From the human T2T-CHM13v2.0 reference genome, Homo sapiens, in NCBI RefSeq assembly GCF_009914755.1, contig NC_060930.1: a DNA stretch of 64,000 nt; one strand, 5' to 3'. How positions within the stretch are numbered: position 1 is the first letter of the stretch; each line of letters starts with the position of its first letter. Below are positions 57,601 through 64,000 of the stretch, in pieces. The notes below the pieces were generated by a model that was not told where the DNA came from, did not search any database, and worked only from the letters and a program-made list of their open reading frames with translations. A program made the translations under genes and the position numbers.

Positions 57601-60244
57601 TATCTGCATTGTGGAAGAAACGTCTGGTCACTGAACTTTCCCCTCCATGCTGAACTTAAGATAGTGAAGGGCCAGTTTACACAGTCAAGATTTAAGATGA
57701 CACCTGTGGCAGCCTCCTCAGTTAATTCCCTTTTTAACACAAGATTTAAGTTTAACGAATGTAAAAATAGGATATCCGTTGAAGCTCAACGTTTATGTAG
57801 ATGAGAGATAAGACCTCATGGCCTGACATGAGCTGATTCTATTCTTTATTCAAAATGTACAAGGGAGTTCCAAGGTGGGATGTTCTTAAAATGCATGTGC
57901 TGTGAATTTCAAAATATGGAGCAAACAGTAACATGTTAAATACGATCCAGTAGCTTTGACATGTGTGAGTTTTAAGAGAATTTGCAGAACCTTTTATGGC
58001 ACTCAGTGCATTTATTGGCAAAAAGCTTAAAAACACACAAGAAAAGTTCCTAATACAAGTATCTTGGTTGCTTCTTCCCCTTTATAATGTTAGGGAGTCT
58101 GGTGATACTTTTGGACCCAGGCTGAAAAGTAGTTTTCAGTTACTGAAATAAAGATCAGTGTTCTTACTGGAAGATTATTTGCTACATGAAAGCAGCTGTG
58201 ACAGGTGTGAGTTTAAGATAATTCCAAAACATTTTATGGAACTTAGTGCATTATTGGCCTAAGCCTCTTTCAAAAAGTCCCTAATTTATGTATCTTGGTT
58301 GCTTCTTCCTCCTTGTGCTGCATGAAAGCACAAAACAACTGTGACTACTTGCTGTTAAGTTTATTCATTTCACAAGTAATTTATTTAATACTTTCTGTGC
58401 AAGATATTGTGCTAGTCACTGTGGGGGAAAAAAACCCTACAACTGTGACTCAGGATATTGCCCTGAAATTTTTATAGCCCCATCTGGCACACAAAAAGCA
58501 CACAAATCAAATAACAATACAAGATGATATCTGATGAAACTGCCAAACGAATGTTACCATCTGTAAATCCTGGGGAAGTGCTAGCGAGCAAGAAATCACT
58601 GCTGGTGCTTTGGGGGAGCTGGGCCTTGTGCCTTGATGATAAATGCAATTTGTATAGGTGGACAGGATAGGGAAGGTACTCTATGAAACTGATAAGACCC
58701 TCCCTTCTCACACTTCTGCTCCCTCACCACTCCCACTTAGCACAGGTGAATAATGATTAAGTGCTTAAGTTTTTCCTCCATTCACATATTTGTTCAAGGA
58801 GTGGGTATTTTAACAACATTATCATTATAATTCTTGAACCTAATGGTTTCTTTCATTCTATTTGATTTCTTGGATAAGTAAGCTTAAGAGGAGGAGAGTT
58901 CTGATTGGGAGAACTCTGAGAACTCTGAGAGGGAAGTATGCGTAATGAATAACTTGACTACCTCACCAACTGCCAACCTGGAGACCTTTGATATAGTCAG
59001 TGATTTATTCTGTGATGGTAGGTAGCATCAGAGAAATGAGCTGGGTGAATGATGCCTATTATTTATAGAAGACCAGTGTGATTGAATGCTAAAGCCTCCT
59101 AAATGTGAGCCTTAGAGAAACATTGCTGTGTACCTTATGAAGGATGGTTCACCTGTCTTCCAATTAGAAGACACCAGTAGAAAAACCAGAAATGTTACAC
59201 TGTGAAATAGTAGGCTAAACAAACAGGAAAGATGATCTTATAATGAAATTCTTCGTTTGCTGTTCTCTGTAATAGAACTAAACCAAATATCTCTTTCCCA
59301 GTTCTGATTAATTTATACCTAAAAATTTTCTTTACCAGACATTCAATGTATTTGTTTTGCGCAGTGCCTTGCACATGGTCATTTGGCAAATTATTGACTT
59401 AAAAATTAATAAGTATTTCTAGTCCTTTGACCCATTTCTTTGTGACTGATGGTTTTTTCAGACCCTTTAATTCTTCCTATGACCGTATCGCAAGATGTTA
59501 ATCAGATTATTCTTTAAAACAATTTGAGACTGAAGAGTAAGAAAAACTATTTCGTATTTCCTGAAAAATGACACTGAAGTAGCATGTTCCTTTATGCTGT
59601 TAGAAAAATTATTACTTCAAGTTCTCTACCAAGTGCTGAATGTTGAAATTCTTAAAATGGTATATGTAGAATAAGGAGAATTTTCCTCTTATAATATAAC
59701 TATGGCTTTTTGGACTCCAAATTATTTTCCCCTGTCTCATAATGAAGGCATTACAACATGAATTATAGGAGCCTTCCTTTTAATCAGTCTGAAGTAGGTT
59801 AATTGTAGTAACTCTTGGTAGCACAACTTAATAGCACAGAAAGTTTGGTTGTAAAATTTATTCTGATCTTCGTGTAAATCTTTAATGTGCAGATACGTGT
59901 TTCCTGTCCTTAAGGTAGCCTGTTGGCTAACCTGTAGTGTTTTCTATTTACATCATAAGATATACTTCGATGTTTGAATTGAGTACCCTTCCTTGAAATG
60001 ATTAGTGAGAATTTTTAAAAAGTATATTCTCTGGTATGTGACCATCCCTCATTAACTGATAGCAAATTGAAGCTCTCTATTTCTAATCATCTCACTAGTT
60101 TCATAATTTGATCTTTGAGGAAATGCTTATAAATTAATTTTCCTTTTAAATTTAAGGTATGGGCCTGCAATAAGGGAGCCTAAGTATCTTATGGAGATAT
60201 TGGGGAAAGCAATGCCTGGGAGAAATTTATGAGCAGAGATCAAA

Positions 60245-60245
60245 T

Positions 60246-60288
<43 letters not shown>

Positions 60289-60573
60289 TTTTTGAGACAG
60301 GATCTCACTCTGTTACCCAGGCTGGAGTGCAGTGGCATGATCATGGCTCACTGCAGTCTCGACCTCCCCCGGCTCAGGTGATCCTCCCACCTCAGCCTCC
60401 CTAGTAGCAGGGACTACAGGCGCACCACCATGTCTGGCTAATTTTTGTATTTTTTTAGAGACAGGATTTTGCCATGTTCCCCGGGCTGGTCTCAAACTCC
60501 TGGGTTCAAGTGATCCACCTGCCTCGGCCTCCCAAAGTGCTAGGATTACAGGCATCAGCCACTGATCCCAGCC
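60245..60573 (-). mobile_element. AluJ with (TTTA)n tail
   Basis: Full Alu, TSD tcaaattt. Confidence 0.9.
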
Positions 60574-60711
60574 TCAAATTTAGTATCAAGTAAAATTTGT
60601 AAAAATTAAAATCTGAATTCTCAGTGCTGCTTTTGGAGAGAATATTTTATCCAGAAGGATAAGTTGACTCACCAGCAGTCATACTGCCTGTCCCTTCTAG
60701 AAGCTCCTTAG

Positions 60712-61016
<305 letters not shown>

Positions 61017-61489
61017 AGGCTCAAGCTTCATGAAGGCCAAGTCCATGAAGGAGAGGCAGTATGGGATTTCAGTGTCTCCACTTGTGTGTTCTCATTATCA
61101 AAGTGGCCTCTAAAGTCTATGTTATGTTATGGATCTCATGATAATTCACTGACTTTAATTGATAAAGATGGAAAGAACCAGAGGAGCTCATTCAGGCGGG
61201 TATAGTCCAAGCCTATCTGGGGAACCAGAATAGTATAGTGGTTGGGAGCATGGCATCTGAAGCCAGAGCACCTCACTTCAAACTGTGGCCCTGTCACTTA
61301 TCAGCTGCATAACCTCAGGGAGTTACTTCTCAACACTTCAACTTCCTCAGCCAAAAATAGAATGTATAAAGTTGTATATTAATTAAGTAAGCCCGATGAA
61401 GCATTTGTCAAGGGCTTGACAATCACTGATTGTTAGTGGTTATGCTTTATCTCTCCCGTTTTATAAACCACTGGACTAATGGTTTAGAC

Positions 61490-61765
61490 TTTTTTTTTTT
61501 TTTTTTTTTTGAGACAGAGTCTCACTTTGTCACCCAAGCTGGAGTGCAGTGGCATGACCATAGCTCACTGCAGCCTTGATCTTCTGGACTCAAGTGATCT
61601 CCCACCTCTGCCTTTGGAATAGCTGGGACTACAGGCACGCACCACTTCACCTGGCTAATTTTTTTGTTTGTTTTGTAGAGACTGGGTCTCAGTATGTTGC
61701 CCAGGCTGGTCTTGAACCCCTTGGCTCAAGCAATCCTCCCTCCTTGACCTCCCAAAGTACTGGAA
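61490..61765 (-). mobile_element. AluJ, 5' end replaced by microsatellite
   Basis: Alu ends at cccaaagtactggaa. Confidence 0.85.
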
Positions 61766-62008
61766 TATATATATACATATATATATACACACACACACAC
61801 ATATATATATACACATATATATATACACACACATATATATATACACATATATACACACACACATATACACACATATATATATACACACACACATATATAC
61901 ACATATATATACACACACACATATATATACACACATATATATATACACACACACATATATATATACACACACACACACATATATATATATACACACACAC
62001 ATATATAT
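61766..62008. repeat. Compound (TA)n/(CA)n microsatellite, ~240 bp
   Basis: Directly visible. Confidence 0.95.
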
Positions 62009-63125
62009 AAGCTTTGGAATCCTTTCTTCTAAGAAAGTTTAAATAGGAGCAATAAATAAAACAGATACTAGGAGTGATTCTGCTTGAAAGGAGAGTGGAC
62101 AGCCCCATCCTCATCCCTACTTTCCCCAACTGCAGCCCTTGAAGAGAACCCCAGGGATTCCTTCAACCATAAGTTGGGGGAAATAAAAACAACTCTGTTC
62201 TAAACCATCTCATTTTTTTTAAAGATGAAGAAGTTAGAGTCCAGAGAGGTAAAGTAACTTGACCAGGTTCACACAGATAATTAGCATAAAAGCCAGGACC
62301 AGAGCCAGAGAATGCCAAACAGAGCACATTTTGTTTCTCTGAAAGAAAGCACTGTGTACATTCAAAGACTTATTATTTCCACTGGGGGTAATTATACCCA
62401 AGAAATGTGACGGAGAGAGGGGAGACTCTCTTGCCCAAGAAGTGGTGACAAAACCAACAGTTGCATAATTGATAAGTAAATGACGGTACATCCATATGAT
62501 GGACTTCCATGCAGCATTAAGACAACTTTTCAAACAAATTTTTTGGTAATCTGAAAAATGTTAACTATAAGGTTAAGTCATTTTATTTCTTGAAAAAGCA
62601 AGATATCAAATTATATGAACAGAATAATCTCAATTCTATTCAAAATATTTAATTATGCATATAAAAAGATTAGAAACATATAAAAATGTTAACAGGGATA
62701 TTGTCTGACTGGTAGGATTATCAGTGATTTTTAAATATTATCCAAAGTTGCTATAGTGAACACACTTATAATCAGAGAAAATCTTATGGGGGAAGGATGA
62801 GATGAATAAAATATCCAAAGCGGTCAATAGTAGATGAATTTTTAAAATCTATCCTTTTGAGATAATATTTAAAAAGTTATGCTAAAATAAAAATACATAA
62901 TTGATGTTGGAGCATGAGAATGCATTAAATATTTAAATTTCTTCTAATGTTGTTCAGGCCTTAAGATGTCTTCCAACTCTAGTGCCAAGCACTGTGCATA
63001 CATGCTACGTACTCAATAAATTAGTTCATCCCTCATCCCTAGAGTTTCTTGGCTATATAATCTTCCGATCCCTCATATGCAAGCAAAACACCCATTAAAA
63101 ATAGTTGGTAGTGTACTTAGGACTA

Positions 63126-63444
<319 letters not shown>

Positions 63445-63453
63445 CACATGTGT

Positions 63454-63456
<3 letters not shown>

Positions 63457-63496
<40 letters not shown>
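63457..63496. repeat. (CA)n microsatellite, ~20 units
   Basis: Directly visible. Confidence 0.95.
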
Positions 63497-63498
<2 letters not shown>

Positions 63499-63619
63499 AC
63501 ACTCCAAATGTTATATATCAGGGAGATGTTGGCTTTTCATAGTTTTATAATTAATTGGTTTGTGTGTTCACTTTTTAAAACTAGGTCAATAACTTTATCT
63601 TCCTGCTTTTTCCTCACAG

Positions 63620-64000
63620 CCCTGCCAAGCCCAAACATGTGGAACTAAATCTTAAAACCCCTAAGAATCTTGACAGTTTGGGAAATGAGCACAATCCATT
63701 TAGCCAGCCAGTTCACAAAGGCAACACTGCCACCAAAATCTCCTTATTTGAAAACAAACGGACAAACAGTAGCCCAAGACACACTGACATTCGAGGCCAA
63801 AGGAATACTCCTGCCTCTAGTAAAACGTTTGTTGGGAGGGCAAAGCTGAATTTAGCCAAAAAAGCCAAAGAAATGGAGCAACCTGAAAAGAAAGTAATGC
63901 CAAACAGTCCCCAGAATGGTGTGCTGGTTAAGGAAACTGCTATAGAAACCAAAGTTACCGTCTCGGAAGAAGAGATTCTGCCAGCAACCAGAGGAATGAA
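63620..64000 (+). CDS. CRYBG1: CRYBG1 next coding exon, runs off the window
   Basis: Acceptor tcctgctttttcctcacag ending 63619. CT+C restores Leu, then the frame is open: PAKPKHVELNLKTPKNLDSLGNEHNPFSQPVHKGNTATKISLFENK...EEILPATRGM. Confidence 0.95.

Noticed and set aside
56114-57740. Long antisense and alternative-frame ORFs (196, 295, 336 aa etc.) over the CRYBG1 exon
   Set aside because: Expected stop-codon scarcity in very GC-rich coding DNA; shadows of the real frame
61576-62129. ORFs rich in YIHT/VCVY
   Set aside because: Translations of the TA/CA microsatellite and Alu

Overview
Human (primate) genomic DNA from within CRYBG1 (AIM1, absent in melanoma 1; 6q21), on the + strand. The first ~55.9 kb is a large intron full of Alu, L1, L2, MIR, MaLR-LTR and DNA-transposon remnants. 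It is followed by a CpG-island promoter-like region (~54.7-55.35 kb), a 1610-nt GC-rich coding exon (55917-57526) containing the classical AIM1 start MEKRSSGRR at 56829, a 6.1-kb intron, and the start of the next coding exon (63620 to window end). Almost all other ORFs in the track are Alu/L1/microsatellite artefacts. The most interesting observation is a 51-codon ORF missing from the ORF track (6252-6404, MGGSTCCGCGCGRCNGC...DRDLE). It ends at a perfect GAG|GTAAGT donor in phase 0, so it would splice in frame to exon 55917. It is a candidate alternative first exon giving CRYBG1 a myristoylated/palmitoylated membrane-anchoring N-terminus. Other observations include weaker phase-0 exon candidates, a tandem double hairpin, a young AluYa inserted tail-to-tail into another Alu, a 72-bp two-ended Ricksha-like remnant and a degenerate ~130-bp duplication. 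Repeat boundaries and subfamily calls are by eye and approximate. Gene identity is from recalled protein sequence, not a database search.
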